Of a DNA stretch of 64,000 nucleotides, positions 20,997-33,100 are shown piece after piece. The notes beneath the pieces were generated by a model. It worked only from the letters and a program-made list of their open reading frames with translations, searched no databases and was not told the DNA's origin. Each line of letters opens with the position of its first letter. Positions within the stretch are counted from its first letter, which is position 1. The stretch lies in the NCBI GenBank assembly GCA_965603825.1, contig CBFDEM010000032.1:124001-188000 (forward strand), given 5' to 3'. A program made the translations under genes and the position numbers. Origin of the DNA: Blepharisma stoltei ATCC 30299 (taxonomy: Eukaryota > Protista > Ciliophora).

Positions 20997-22508
20997 ATGG
21001 CGTGGATTTTACCAGCGTTTTTGACGATAGCTCTTGCAGCCTCGTCTAATACCTTATCAAATGAATCGAAAGCATGCACAAGCATGTGTACGGATTATTG
21101 CCGTAGTGCTTATCAAGGCCTTTCAACATGTCTTGATGCTTGCCAAAAGAATTTATGCAACTCTCAGTCGCCACTTGCCTTAGCTAGACTCCAAGCATTC
21201 TTCGCTGAAGAAGCAGCTGCCACAACTGAAGAATCAGCACCTGCAGCTGAAGAGGAGGCTCAAGAGCCAGCATCAGATCCAGTAGTCGAGCCTACTGAGG
21301 AAGCAACCCCTACTGAAGAAGCTACAACAGTTGAACCAACACCAGATGAGGAAGCACCAGTAGATCCTTCGGCACCTGTAGAGCCAGCACCTGCTGAGCC
21401 AGAAACCCCTGTTGAGCCAACACCAGAGGAACCAGCACCAGAGGAACCAACACCAGAGGAGCCAGCACCTGCAGAGCCAGAAACCCCTGTTGAGCCAACA
21501 CCTGTGGAACCAACACCAGAGGAGCCAACACCAGTAGAGCCAACACCTGAGGAACCAACTCCAGTAGAGCCAACACCTGAGGAACCAACTCCAGTAGAGC
21601 CAACACCTGAGGAACCAACTCCAGTAGAGCCAACACCTGAGGAACCAACTCCAGTAGAGCCAACTCCAGTAGAGCCTACACCAGTTGACCCTCAGACTCA
21701 TGATCCAAATCATCCTGGACATGAATACGAGACCAATCACCCAGATCATCCTTACCACGATAAGGAAAAAGAGCACGATGATGAGGACTGGGATGACTAT
21801 GAAGATCAAGATGATTATTCACATGAAGAAGCCACAACTGAAGAGGAAACTACCACTGAAGAGGAAACCACAACTGAAGAGGAAACCACAACTGAAGAGG
21901 AAACCACAACTGAAGAGGAAACCACAACTGAAGAGGAAACAACCACTGAAGAGGAAACTACCACTGAAGAGGAAACCACCACTGAAGAGGAAACTACCAC
22001 TGAAGAGGAAACCACCACTGAAGAGGAAATCACAACTGAGGAAACCACAACAACAGAAGAGACAACAACTGAGGAAACCACAACTGAGGAAACAACAACT
22101 GAGGAAACCACAACTGAGGAAGCCACAACTGAGGAGACAACAACTGAGGAAGCCACAACTGAGGAGACTACTACTGAAGAAGCCACTACAGAAGAGGCTA
22201 CTGTAGAGGAGACCACCGAAGAGTCAGCTTCAACTGAGGAAACTAGCACTGAAGAGGCCGCTCCAGCAGAAACAACAGAAGAAGCCACCACTGAAGAGTC
22301 AACAGTCGAGGTCTTGCCAGCTGCTCCAGAAGAAGTAGCTCAAGCAGGCTGGGGACTGATTGTATTCCAAGTTTGCATAGTTGCAGCAGTCGCTATCTTT
22401 GCAGTGAAATATTACTTGAATTCAAGAAAACGCAGAGTATCTATCAAATACTCATTCCAAGCAGGAGAATCTGAGGCTCCTTATGCACGCTTGATTAAAA
22501 ACGTTTAA
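20997..22508 (+). CDS. Type I membrane, mucin-like acidic repeat protein (503 aa)
   Basis: Signal peptide, six-Cys domain, E/P/T repeats, His/Asp-rich insert, E/T repeats, TM helix WGLIVFQVCIVAAVAIFAV, basic stop-transfer and YARL tail. Confidence 0.9.
   Translation: MAWILPAFLTIALAASSNTLSNESKACTSMCTDYCRSAYQGLSTCLDACQKNLCNSQSPLALARLQAFFAEEAAATTEESAPAAEEEAQEPASDPVVEPTEEATPTEEATTVEPTPDEEAPVDPSAPVEPAPAEPETPVEPTPEEPAPEEPTPEEPAPAEPETPVEPTPVEPTPEEPTPVEPTPEEPTPVEPTPEEPTPVEPTPEEPTPVEPTPEEPTPVEPTPVEPTPVDPQTHDPNHPGHEYETNHPDHPYHDKEKEHDDEDWDDYEDQDDYSHEEATTEEETTTEEETTTEEETTTEEETTTEEETTTEEETTTEEETTTEEETTTEEETTTEEETTTEEEITTEETTTTEETTTEETTTEETTTEETTTEEATTEETTTEEATTEETTTEEATTEEATVEETTEESASTEETSTEEAAPAETTEEATTEESTVEVLPAAPEEVAQAGWGLIVFQVCIVAAVAIFAVKYYLNSRKRRVSIKYSFQAGESEAPYARLIKNV
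21531..21650 (+). repeat. Coding tandem repeat, 4 perfect 30-nt units (PVEPTPEEPT)
   Basis: CCAGTAGAGCCAACACCTGAGGAACCAACT x4, with degenerate copies on both sides. Confidence 0.95.
21840..22037 (+). repeat. Coding tandem repeat, 11 x 18-nt units (EEETTT), followed by 15-nt EETTT/EEATT units to ~22200
   Basis: GAAGAGGAAACNACNACT units; last unit encodes EEEITT. Confidence 0.93.
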
Positions 22509-22609
22509 ATTCTTTAATGGTAATCAACATTTATAAAAATCTTTCCTAATTAAATCCCAATAAGCTAAAATTATAACAATTCAAAGGGAAATTTTCTAAT
22601 AAATTTAAA

Positions 22610-23551
22610 ATGAGTATCGAACTATCCCCAAACGAAGAAAAGCGCCTACATTCAATATTAGATAGAGGGATTGAAGCTTTACGAGACAGTGGAGAATTCT
22701 CCCACTCACAAATTATGACTAGCAAAAGCCAATCACAGTTAGAAAGTTCTTTCAAAGGATCCGCTGGGACACTGAGTACAAATGCTTTACAAGATTCAAG
22801 TAAAGTATCAAATATAAACTCTGAGCTTTTAGCTCTACAAGGGAAATTTGCAGAGCTCGAAGCCAAACTTGCAAGAAGAACTCCTTCACCTATAGAAAAC
22901 ATTAAGACTACCAAAAAAATATCCAACCCTACCAAATCTTCTTTAAAATCGACTAAAAAAACTCCACGACGCCCATTAAACCGCTATAATTCAAATTCCC
23001 CAAATTTATCGCGAAACTCTTCCAAAAAGTCTCCACTGAATTCCAAAAAATCTTCAAGAAAATCCTCTGCAAGCTCCATAAAAAGATCTAGCTCCAATAG
23101 TAGAGTTTACCAAAGCATAGAAAACTCTGAAAGAGAAATTTATAAGCTAGAAAGAAGCATGACCCCGCTATCCCGAGCTCAATCGATTAATATCAATAGA
23201 AATATTGATAAAATAAGGCAGCAATTAGATGAAGAAAGAAAAATCGGGGAAAAATTGACGAGGGAAAATGATAATTTGAAAAGAGAACTTGGAAAAAGAG
23301 ATGAATTGAGGAAAAAAATAGCAAAGCTGCAGGATGATTATAACGAATTAGCAATTTCATTTGAAAGAAGTGAAGCTGTAAGGAAAAAGCAAAAAGATCT
23401 CATAGAAAAATTAAAAGCTGAGCTGAGAATTTTACAAGAGGACCCAGGAGCTATCAGAGAGCTCCCAAGAGCTGCCGACCAATATATCAGACCACCTTCT
23501 GCCAAAATAAAGAAAAAATCCGGAAAAAAGGGAAAAAGCTATAAACCCTAA
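22610..23551 (+). CDS. Coiled-coil, Ser/Lys-rich hypothetical protein (313 aa)
   Basis: Uninterrupted ATG-TAA ORF with heptad-like segments. Confidence 0.8.
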   Translation: MSIELSPNEEKRLHSILDRGIEALRDSGEFSHSQIMTSKSQSQLESSFKGSAGTLSTNALQDSSKVSNINSELLALQGKFAELEAKLARRTPSPIENIKTTKKISNPTKSSLKSTKKTPRRPLNRYNSNSPNLSRNSSKKSPLNSKKSSRKSSASSIKRSSSNSRVYQSIENSEREIYKLERSMTPLSRAQSININRNIDKIRQQLDEERKIGEKLTRENDNLKRELGKRDELRKKIAKLQDDYNELAISFERSEAVRKKQKDLIEKLKAELRILQEDPGAIRELPRAADQYIRPPSAKIKKKSGKKGKSYKP

Positions 23552-23588
23552 TTAATTGACAAATAACTACCCAAAACTATTTATGAAA

Positions 23589-25205
23589 TTAATAATAGTA
23601 AGCTCTTCTTGGACTTCTGCTTCTGGCTGCAGCGTAATTTCTGCTCTGATATCCCCATCTATTATACCTATTGTTTCCTTGCTGTGGTCTGTTGCTTCTG
23701 TTCATGTCATACAGCTTGTCAGGGATCTCCTGCTTGGACTCCTTCAAAAGTTTAATCAAATCTCCAGCCATTCTTGCATTTTGTTGTGTGAAAAACGAAA
23801 TCGCTGTCCCTTTGGCACCAGCTCTTGCAGTCCTTCCAATTCTGTGTATATAATCTTCGACCTGTCCAGGGAAATCGTAGTTTATTACGTGGTTTACATC
23901 TTTTACATCTAAACCTCTTGAAGCCACATCGGTAGCGACCATGATGTTTATTTTGTTGTTTCTGAAATCTCTTAAGACTTGGTCTCTGTCTCTTTGTGTT
24001 TTATCCCCGTGGATAGCATCTACTGTGAATTTTTCTTTTTTAAGCTCATAACAAAGGACTTCGCAGCCTTTTTTGGTTTCACAGAAAATGATGGTTTTAG
24101 AGCCTGGTTTGGCGACTTCATGGACTATATCGACAACTTTGCTTAGTTTAAAGGACTCATCAACGATTTCTATCACTTGTTTGATATCCTGATTAGCTGA
24201 TAAATTAAGTGAACCAATCTGTAAATGTACAGGGTCTATTGAAAAATCTTTAGCAAGAGCTTGGACTTCTTTAGGCCAAGTTGCACTGAACATCACAGTT
24301 TGTCGGTCAGGTCTGATTTGTTCAATGATTTTTCTTATTTGTGGCTCAAAGCCCATGTCAAGCATCCTATCTGCTTCATCAAGAACCAAATAAGTGACTC
24401 TCTTTAAATTTGTGGCACCATTTTCTAAGAAATCTATAAGTCTTCCAGGTGTTGCAATGACAACATGGACTCCTCTTTGTAACTCCATTTGCTGACGAGA
24501 CCTTGGAGCTCCACCATATACACAGGCGTTGGACACCCTACAAGGTCTTCCAAATCTGCTGCATTCTTGTGACGTCTGCATGGCAAGCTCTCTGGTTGGT
24601 GATAGAACCAAAGCAATTGGGCCATCTCCTGGTCTCAATTGTGGCTGATCTAAAATGTGCACAATTGCAGGCAATATAAAGCCAAGTGTTTTTCCTGACC
24701 CTGTTTTGGCGATTCCGATCAAATCTCGACCGCTCATAATGATGGGCCATCCTTGGCTTTGGATATGTGTTGGAGCCTCAAATCCTGCGCTTTTCAGCAT
24801 TTTTTGGACATAGTCAGGAAGGTTAGATTCTTCAAATGTAGTAACAGGTCTCGGGATGTTGTTCCCGTAGATTGTCATCTGAAGATCTTCACGAATTTTT
24901 GTGATTTCTACTTCACTCTTTTTTGAGACGTCCGGATGCTCTGTGTAGAAGTCTTTGTTGAAGGAAGGCAGTTCCTTGACATTCCAAGTGACTGCAGTGA
25001 GTTTACTTCCTAAGTCACTGTTTCTTTCGGTATGGTTATTGTGTGATTGGAAATCGTTAGAGTAAGAACGGGAATAATTGTCACGGGACTTTCATAAAGT
25101 GTTTTGTGTTGAAGAGGAAGAAGACCATTGATTTCCTGGTCTCCGAGGATATTGGGAGAAATTTCTTAATCCATGCTCGCGACCGTAGAAATCAGCCTCT
25201 GCCAT
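23589..25205 (-). CDS. DBP2: DEAD-box RNA helicase DBP2/DDX5 (p68)-like (538 aa)
   Basis: FNKDFYTEHP, Q motif, AKTGSGKT, PTRELA, TPGRLIDFL, LDEADRMLDMGFEPQIRKI, SATWPKEV, HRIGRTARAG; N-terminus extends to ATG 25203-25205 through one TGA=W. Confidence 0.95.
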
Positions 25206-25410
25206 CTTCTTTTAATATTAAAGTCCGATAACAATAACAAATTATCAATCTAGATTTTATATATTCTGGCTATTAATCAATAAAAAAGATGCTTAAGTAT
25301 AATGATTTTTATTAGAAAAATAAATTTTTATATGAAAAGATTCATGTAAAAAATTATTAATTTTTTATGAAAATAAGCTGATTTTGTGCATGAAAATAAT
25401 TATATACAAA

Positions 25411-28400
25411 TTATTTTAATAAATTTTCATTTCTCAGGTCAATATTGGTACTCGGTACAATTGAGATAAGCGCTTTTAGCTTATTCAATGAATTTTTTTC
25501 TTTATAAATAAATGGGAGATACAAAAACAAAAATAGAAAGATTAAAGCTAAAGAAAAAGCAATTGTCACGAAAATCAGTAATTTTAACTGATCTTTGATT
25601 ATTTCTTTTGAATTTTTGTCAATAATATCGTAGTCACTATCTAGCGCAACTTGAAGAGCTGACTCATTACCGATATAGTTAGAAAAGTAAGGGACATTTT
25701 CTAAGCCTGAAGGGGTATTCGAGAGAAATCTCGCTTCAAGATATATCAGATTAGAAGCTATATAGCTCCCATGGTGCAAATAATAATCATTAGTGCTATC
25801 TCACTCCTCAAAAAGCCTAGTTTTCATATTTTGTGTCATCAAACTCAAAAAATTGCTGTTTCTTAACTTAGAGTTTTCTATTTTAAACTTCCTGCTTGTA
25901 GAACAGAATGCATTTTTTGATTGGGGAAGTGCATATGAGTTTGGGAACCATCTCAAGTTGCTTGTAGAAGCAATATCTCTAGCGAAAACACTCATTCGTG
26001 ATAATAGTGTTCGTTTTGTTATCAAATTTAGAATGAGTTTTGGTCTATCAATCAAATAATTTTCACACTTATTGTATAAATAGAACTGCAGAATAAAGTA
26101 ATAACATGCAGCTATGACTAGGAATATAGAAAGCCTCCAGAGATACTTAATATAAATTCTTGATTGTATTTTCTTTGTTGTTTTTAATCTTTTTGAGTAA
26201 ACCACTGGAGTTTGATCAGTTTTATAATCAATTCCATGTATTTTTAAAAGTCTGTCAATATAAATCGCTTTTAAATCTGCCCAGCATATAAGTGAAATTT
26301 GTTTTATAAAATTTCAAAATTCATCATAATATCTATTCATATAGATTGCATACCCTGCTAAAATCCCTATAAACAGCAGCAATAACCCTAAGCCTGTAAA
26401 TATTAAAGAGTTTATATATTTTCCAATATGCTTTACTCTGTTCACTTCGCAATCCACAAGATCATTCATTGCATTCTGTGTAACTTTATAGGTAAATCCT
26501 AGACTATTTAGCCCAAAGAATTTAACATCCTCCATTGTATATGTTCTATTGTTGCTGATAAGGTCGATTAAACTGTCTCCGTGTTTAATAAACAAATTGA
26601 TTTCATCATAAAAATTGAATTTAGATATATGAGTTGAAGGCTCGAAAATTCATACAGGAACAACATTGTCAACTACTATTTCTGAGCTTTTGCAGTAGCT
26701 TCAGTCGTCGTAGTCAGATAAGATGTAGCTCCGGAGATCTTTGAGTTTTGTTATTGTCGATTTAAAAGTTGCTAGATCTCGGGTAAGGTTGTAAATATTT
26801 GATTTTTTTTCGGAATCTATTGATCGTGCTAATTCAGCGGAATTCACCAAATGAAACATAAGAGTTCCGAAATGGGAAAATACATCAAGAGAACTAGTAT
26901 TAACTGTATCTTGGTAGATATACCCCAAAATCGCTATATTTGTGCCAATTACAGCTAGCATCTATATAAATTTTACACAAAATAATAAAATTCTTTCAAA
27001 AATTTTGAGATTTCTGAAAATTTTTCCAACATATTTGCTTACAATTGCTGCATGAAAATTACATGTAGAGGAATTTGATAAGCTGCTATGCTGGTTTTCT
27101 GATTTATCATCATTTTCGTCGTCTTTTTCACTTTTGGTTGATACCCGTTTAAGAAGTCTATTCATTTCAACATCTTTATCTTCTTCGCTTTGAATTTGCG
27201 ATTCCTCTAAAGATCGAAATGAATCAAGCTTTTGGAACTTCACTTTTGCCCCAGTTTCTTGGGAAAGAACTGATGTGTCTAAGTATGATTTTTCTTCTGA
27301 TGATGTATTTATTTCTGTTTTTTTAAAATATTCGATTTGATCTTTGTCTTCTCCAGCTTTTCATTGCTTAATTTCGTTATCGTTATAAACGATAATGATC
27401 ATATGAATTGTGGCTAATCTTAATTGCTTTGTTGTGTGGATTATAGCTAGCTTTCGGCCTTTGTGCTGGATGATAAGTGGCTTGAAAAGCTTATTTTCTG
27501 TTAGGTCAAGGATAGGGAGAAGCTCTGTTATACTATAATTTCTTACATTTGACAAGCCTGTCCCTAAATAGTAAGGAAAAAGATCTGTATAATTATAGAT
27601 AAGCCCTTCTGGAGAAATAATAGCGAACTGCCGACTTGTATTTCTTGGAGTTAAAGATACTAAAAAGTAAGCATTGTTATAATAAGCAGTTAGCTTAATA
27701 AGAAACATACATTCTACTAGATATCCAAGTGTGTTTTGAAGGAAAAATCATCCTTTATGAGGAGTTTGGTCATTTGTGTAATTTTTATAATACTCTTTCA
27801 TATAATCATCATGCTGGTATGAATAAGGGCTTGGTATATAATAATGTAAATGAGTTCCGATTAAGTCAGTAATAGAGCCTTTGAGCAGCTGCGAAGCTGA
27901 ATTATTCATATAGGTAATGATCCCAAACGATTTTTCATTAGCCGATATCAGAATAATCCCATTGCTTTCATCATAAGTTCCAAGCTTAGCATCATAGGCC
28001 TTTGCAAAGTTCAGCTGATGGCTAATCCCATTTTTCAATCTGTTAATAATTCTTGCTTGGTCAGTTTCTCCTAAAATGCTTTCCAAAAAAGAAATATAAA
28101 GATCATAAAGCTCCAAATGCTTATGTTTTACTACAAGCTTTGTATATACTTTTTTTAAACTTGACAAGAGATAAGAGCTTCTTATCACAAGGTGGTAAAT
28201 CTTTTTAAACTGTGGATTTCTTGCAGAGAATTCTGATCACAAGTCTATCAGTGTGCAGCAAATTTCTTCGTCTTGCTTTTTAATTTTGTCGAAATCAGCT
28301 AAATATTCTAAATAATTGATCTCAAGAGAAGAGGTGTCTCTTTCATTTATATTTTCAACAGCTCTTCATTCTTGGATAATTCCTTCAATTGTCCCTATTG

Positions 28401-29676
28401 CTGACTTTATTTTTGTCAATTTTATTCTTGCTAGAATTTCATCTTTCATCGAAAATGTGCAAAAATTTACTTCTCATATAACGAGCAATTTGTCTTTTAG
28501 CATCCTTTTATTTGTGTAGCATGCCGCGAAGTGGTCGAGAACCTCTCTTTTGTTTTCTAAAGTTTTATTGCAGAGTAAAGCTCTTATGGTTCTTTCGAAG
28601 TCATATTGACTTTCAAAAGAAACCGACTTTTTTTTGAGGTATTTAAATCTAGTATTAACAATTCAAAAGTTAATCAAAATTCATACCGGTTGCATAAAAA
28701 ATATTAGCATAAATGCAACACCTGCATTATCCATAGCAGCTGCTAATAAAACTGAAAATAATGTTAGTGTTACTGTGAATATTTTGCAAGATTTTATTGA
28801 GTTTTCTATTTCACTATAATATGTCAATTTTGTGAGAGATTCGAAATATATCCACAAATAAACAACTAAAAATGTAATCTGGTATTTGATAATATTTCCA
28901 TTTCCAAATAATATGTGTGAAATACTAAATAAAGTCCTGAGAGCCAAAAGTTTTAAGTCCACTGAGGAATGAGACCTTGCTGTCAAGTTTTTACTACAAG
29001 AATGGTGCCGAATATCTGCGGTGAATAACTCCCCAAAAAAAGCTATAAAAATTAAGAAAAAACTAAGGAAAAAGCATGCGAGGGCTCCGCCGATGCCATA
29101 GTTTAATAAATTCGAGTCTTTATTTCCTGGGTATTCGCATATTTTATCATTAGTAATTGCTGAATATTTAAAAATCATGGAGAGAATGACCAATGTAGGG
29201 ATATATAGTATAGATATTCAAACAGATAAAATATTTCTTAAAATCTGTATTAAGATCTTTGGAGTTTTTTTTTTGGTAAAGCTTAATAAAAACATTGAAG
29301 AAAATGTGCAAATACAATACCCTAAAATGGCAATAATCCCAAAAAACCAAATCTCTGTAATTTCGAACGCCTCAAAAAGGTTGTTCAGATTAAAATAACT
29401 TATTATGTTTCAGAAAGTAGAGTACCGATTTCACCCAGAAATATCCATGTCTGGATATCAAGCAAGCGCAGCAATCTGAAGGGATATAGTAATATTAAGG
29501 AAAGCTTCAATAATAATTTGTGATGAAATTTTATATCCACTCTTATACTTTGACTTGAAAATCTTCGCTAACAGCTTGAAAAAGCGAATTTTAGCTTTTT
29601 CCAAGGGCGTTTTCTTAGGTTTGAGCTTATTAATTTCTGTGTTTTCCAGGAGAGTTTCATTTGATCCTAATAGCAT
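25411..29676 (-). CDS. TmcB/TmcC-like multi-TM PAS protein, array copy 1 (~1416 aa, one intron)
   Basis: All track fragments share one frame, joined by TGA=W and a 15-nt intron; N-terminal TM bundle (ARSHSSVDL), helical region (HLELYDLYISFLESIL), PAS (GIITYMN..IPSPYSYQHDDY), four C-terminal TM helices. Confidence 0.85.
26962..26976 (-). other. 15-nt intron GTAAAATTTATATAG (copy 1)
   Basis: GT..AG, A at position 10, in-frame TAG, homologous position in all complete copies. Confidence 0.9.
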
Positions 29677-30168
29677 TTAATATTATAATAGACAATAATT
29701 TTAATTTAGTATTCATTTCTTTGGTTTTCAATAGAAACCTTTCTATTTTTTACCTATAAACTGTTCAGTCCACTTATTTCTACCATCATGGTTTCACCAT
29801 ATTATATAAAGCTAAAATTCGAAAACTACGCAAAAACTATTAAAGGATGATAAAAATATTAATTAGCCTATTTTAAAAATTTTTCATAATAACACAAAAA
29901 AAACTGCAGATTCATTTATTAAATTTATAATGGATTAAACAATAGAGACATAAATCCTAATAAAAAAGAATGATTGGGTATCTAGCTTGTAAAAAATTCT
30001 TTAGAAATTCTCTGGGATAATATATTTTGGCAAATCTTAAGCTGGCTGAAGATTTTGAAAGGTTTTTAATTTTTAAAAATAATTTAAAAAATTATGGAAT
30101 TTATTATAGTTACATTTTTTATAATTTTTATAGCATTAGTGTTTAATACTTACAAAAAAATATTATAA

Positions 30169-33100
30169 TTAGCTAGAGTTATTTTCACATTTTATATCAA
30201 CTCGAGAGCTTGGTATAATTGAAATTAGCACTTTTAGATTTGCTAACGAATTCTTTTCGGCATATATAAAGGGGAGGTAAAAGAATATAAATAGCAATAT
30301 TAAGGCAGAAGAAAATGCTGCAGTCACAAAGATAAGAGTAGTTAGTTGATTTTTTATAATATCCTTTGTGTCTTGGTCTATAATGTCATAGTCTATTGCC
30401 AATGAATTTTGAACAGCAGTCTCATTTCCTATATAATATCCAAATTGAGTTATACTAGACAAACCTAGAGGGAGGGTTGAAATAAATAAAGAATCTATGT
30501 GCATGATATTAGAAGCCAAATAAGTCCCATGCTTCAAATATTTATTATTTGTATCTCAATTCTCAAAAATTTTTTTTTTCATATTTTCTGTCATTAGCCT
30601 CAAAAATTTTTTATCTCTGATTTGAGAGTTAAGATTTTTAAATTGCAGGTTGCTTTTTTTTAGTTCAGCTGTTGAGTTCGAGACTCCATAAGAAGTAGGA
30701 ATCCATCTTAAAGTTGTAAGAGCGATTGTATCCCTTGCAAATACACTCATGCGAGATAATAATGTCTGCTTCGAGACAAGATTTAGCAATAATTTAGGAC
30801 GGTCCACCAGAAAAGTTTCACATTGATCATATAATTTAAAATTTAAAATAAAGTAATAGCATGAGGCTATTATCAAAAAGATAGAAAGTCTTCATATGTA
30901 TTTTATGTAAATCCTTGATTGTATTCGCTGAGAATGCTTTTTATTTCGGTGATGATCCTGGCTTGTGTCTGATACGTAATCGATTCCGTGTATTTTTGAA
31001 AGCCTTTCTATATAAGTTGCTTTTAAATCAAGATAAGACTTATGAAGCACTCTTTTAATAAAATTCCAAAACTGATCATATTTTTTGGTCATGTATACTA
31101 CATATGCAATGAGTACTCCAACAAAGATAGCAAGCAATCCTAGTCCAAAGAATATCCATGATGTTATTTCTACTTCAATATCTCTAACTCTAGCCACTTC
31201 ACAGTCCACCAAACCTTGCATTGCATTTAATGTAAATTCAAAAGTATAGCCAAAGCTATTCAAATTGAAAAATTTGGTATCAACATTTGAATAAGTTAGA
31301 TTGTTTTCCACCATTCTGACTAAACTTTCTCCGTGCTTAATAAATAGACCAACTTCATCATAAAAATTGAATTTTTCTATATGAGGTTTAGGCTCAAAAA
31401 TTCACACAGGAATTAGATCTTCTACTACCATTGAAGAGCTAGGGCAATAGCTTCATTGATCATAGTCAGTTAAAATATATTCTCTCAAATAAATCAGTTC
31501 AGCAATATTTTCTTTGAGATATCCTGTATCTCGAGTTATATTATAAATACCCGATTTTTTGGCAGCATCTATAGACCTTGATAAATCAGCTTCGTATACT
31601 AAATCGAACATCAAATTGCCCATATGAGAAAAAACATTAAGGGAGCTTGAGTGAATAGTAACTTGATAAATATACACAAGAACTGCTATATTTGTACCGA
31701 TAATTGCTAAGGTCTATATAAAAATTACACATATCAGCAAAATTCGCTGAAAAAGCTTCAGTTTTGCAGATAAAATATCGATGCTTTTATTTGCAATTGC
31801 TAAATAAAAAATACATGCTGAAGAACTTGTCATGCTGCTTCCTTGTACATTTGAAGCTGACTTTTCGTCGTTGTTTTCTAGTATGTGAGGGCTGTCTCTC
31901 ATGGATTCTTCAAGAAGTCTAAGGCATTCTGCTTCTTTTTCATCACTTTTATCGTTTTCTGCAAGCTTGTAATTAATCGTTTTTTGAAATCTAACATTTT
32001 GGGAACTATCTGTAGGTTTCAATAAAGAATTTTGGTCTATTCTGAGTTCTTCGTCTTCATCTATAGGTGTTTTTTCAAAGTATTCAATTTGGTCAATTTC
32101 TTGGCCATTCTTCCATAATTTTATTTCATTTTCGTCATGAACGATAATAATCTTATGGATTCTTGTAGCCCCAAGCACATTAATTGTATGGACCACTGCG
32201 AATTTTTTACCATTTTGTTGAATCATAATTGGCTCAAAAAGTTTCATAGAGGTTATGTCTAATCTAGGAATAATTTCAGATATATAGCTATTTTTGACAT
32301 TAGGCTGACTAGTTCCTATATAATAAGAGAAAAGTTCGGTGCTACTATGTATAATGCCTTCTTCAGATACCAGTGCAAATTGCCTATTTGTCACTCTCGG
32401 TATCAATGCGACTAAAAAGTATGCATTATTATGAAATGCAGTTAATTTGATCAGTAGGCCGCACTCAATTAGATATCCCAATGAATTTTGGAGGAAAAAC
32501 CATCCTTTGTGAGCAATTTCTTCTGTTTTATAGTTAGCAATATATTCTTTTACAATTTCATCATGGTTATACGCATAAGGGTTTGGTATATAGTTATATA
32601 AATGGCTGCCTATTAAGTCAGATAATGTGCATTTTAATTGTTGGGAAGCCTTTTCATTGGCATAAGTTATTATACCAAATGAATCTTCATTTGCAGAGAC
32701 AAGCATAATACCAGAATTTTCTTCATGAGAACCAAATTTTGAGTCATAAGCTGTTGAAAAACTTAAATGCCGGCTGATCCCGCTTTTCAGCCTATATATT
32801 GCGTTATTTTGATCAGTTTCTCCGAGCACATTTTCTAGAAAAGTAATATAAAGATCATAAAGTTCGATATGCTTGTATTTTAAAATCAGTTTTTCGTAAA
32901 ATCCTTTGAGGTTTGCCAATAAATATGAGCTTTTCATTGTAAGGAAGTGGATTTTTTTATATTCTGGGATTTTGTCTGAAAATTCTGATCACAAATCAAT
33001 CAATTCAAAGCATATTTCGCTGTCCATTTGTCTGGCTGAATTCAGGTCTTCTAGATATCTGATATAATGAGCATCCACTGATGATTTGTCTCTTTTGTCA

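Noticed and set aside
21531-22200. CRISPR-like array
   Set aside because: Contiguous in-frame coding repeats with no unique spacers and no cas genes.
21273-22291. Track ORFs 21273-21809, 21322-21663, 21685-22206 and 21815-22291
   Set aside because: Shadow frames of the coding repeats in the 20997-22508 gene.
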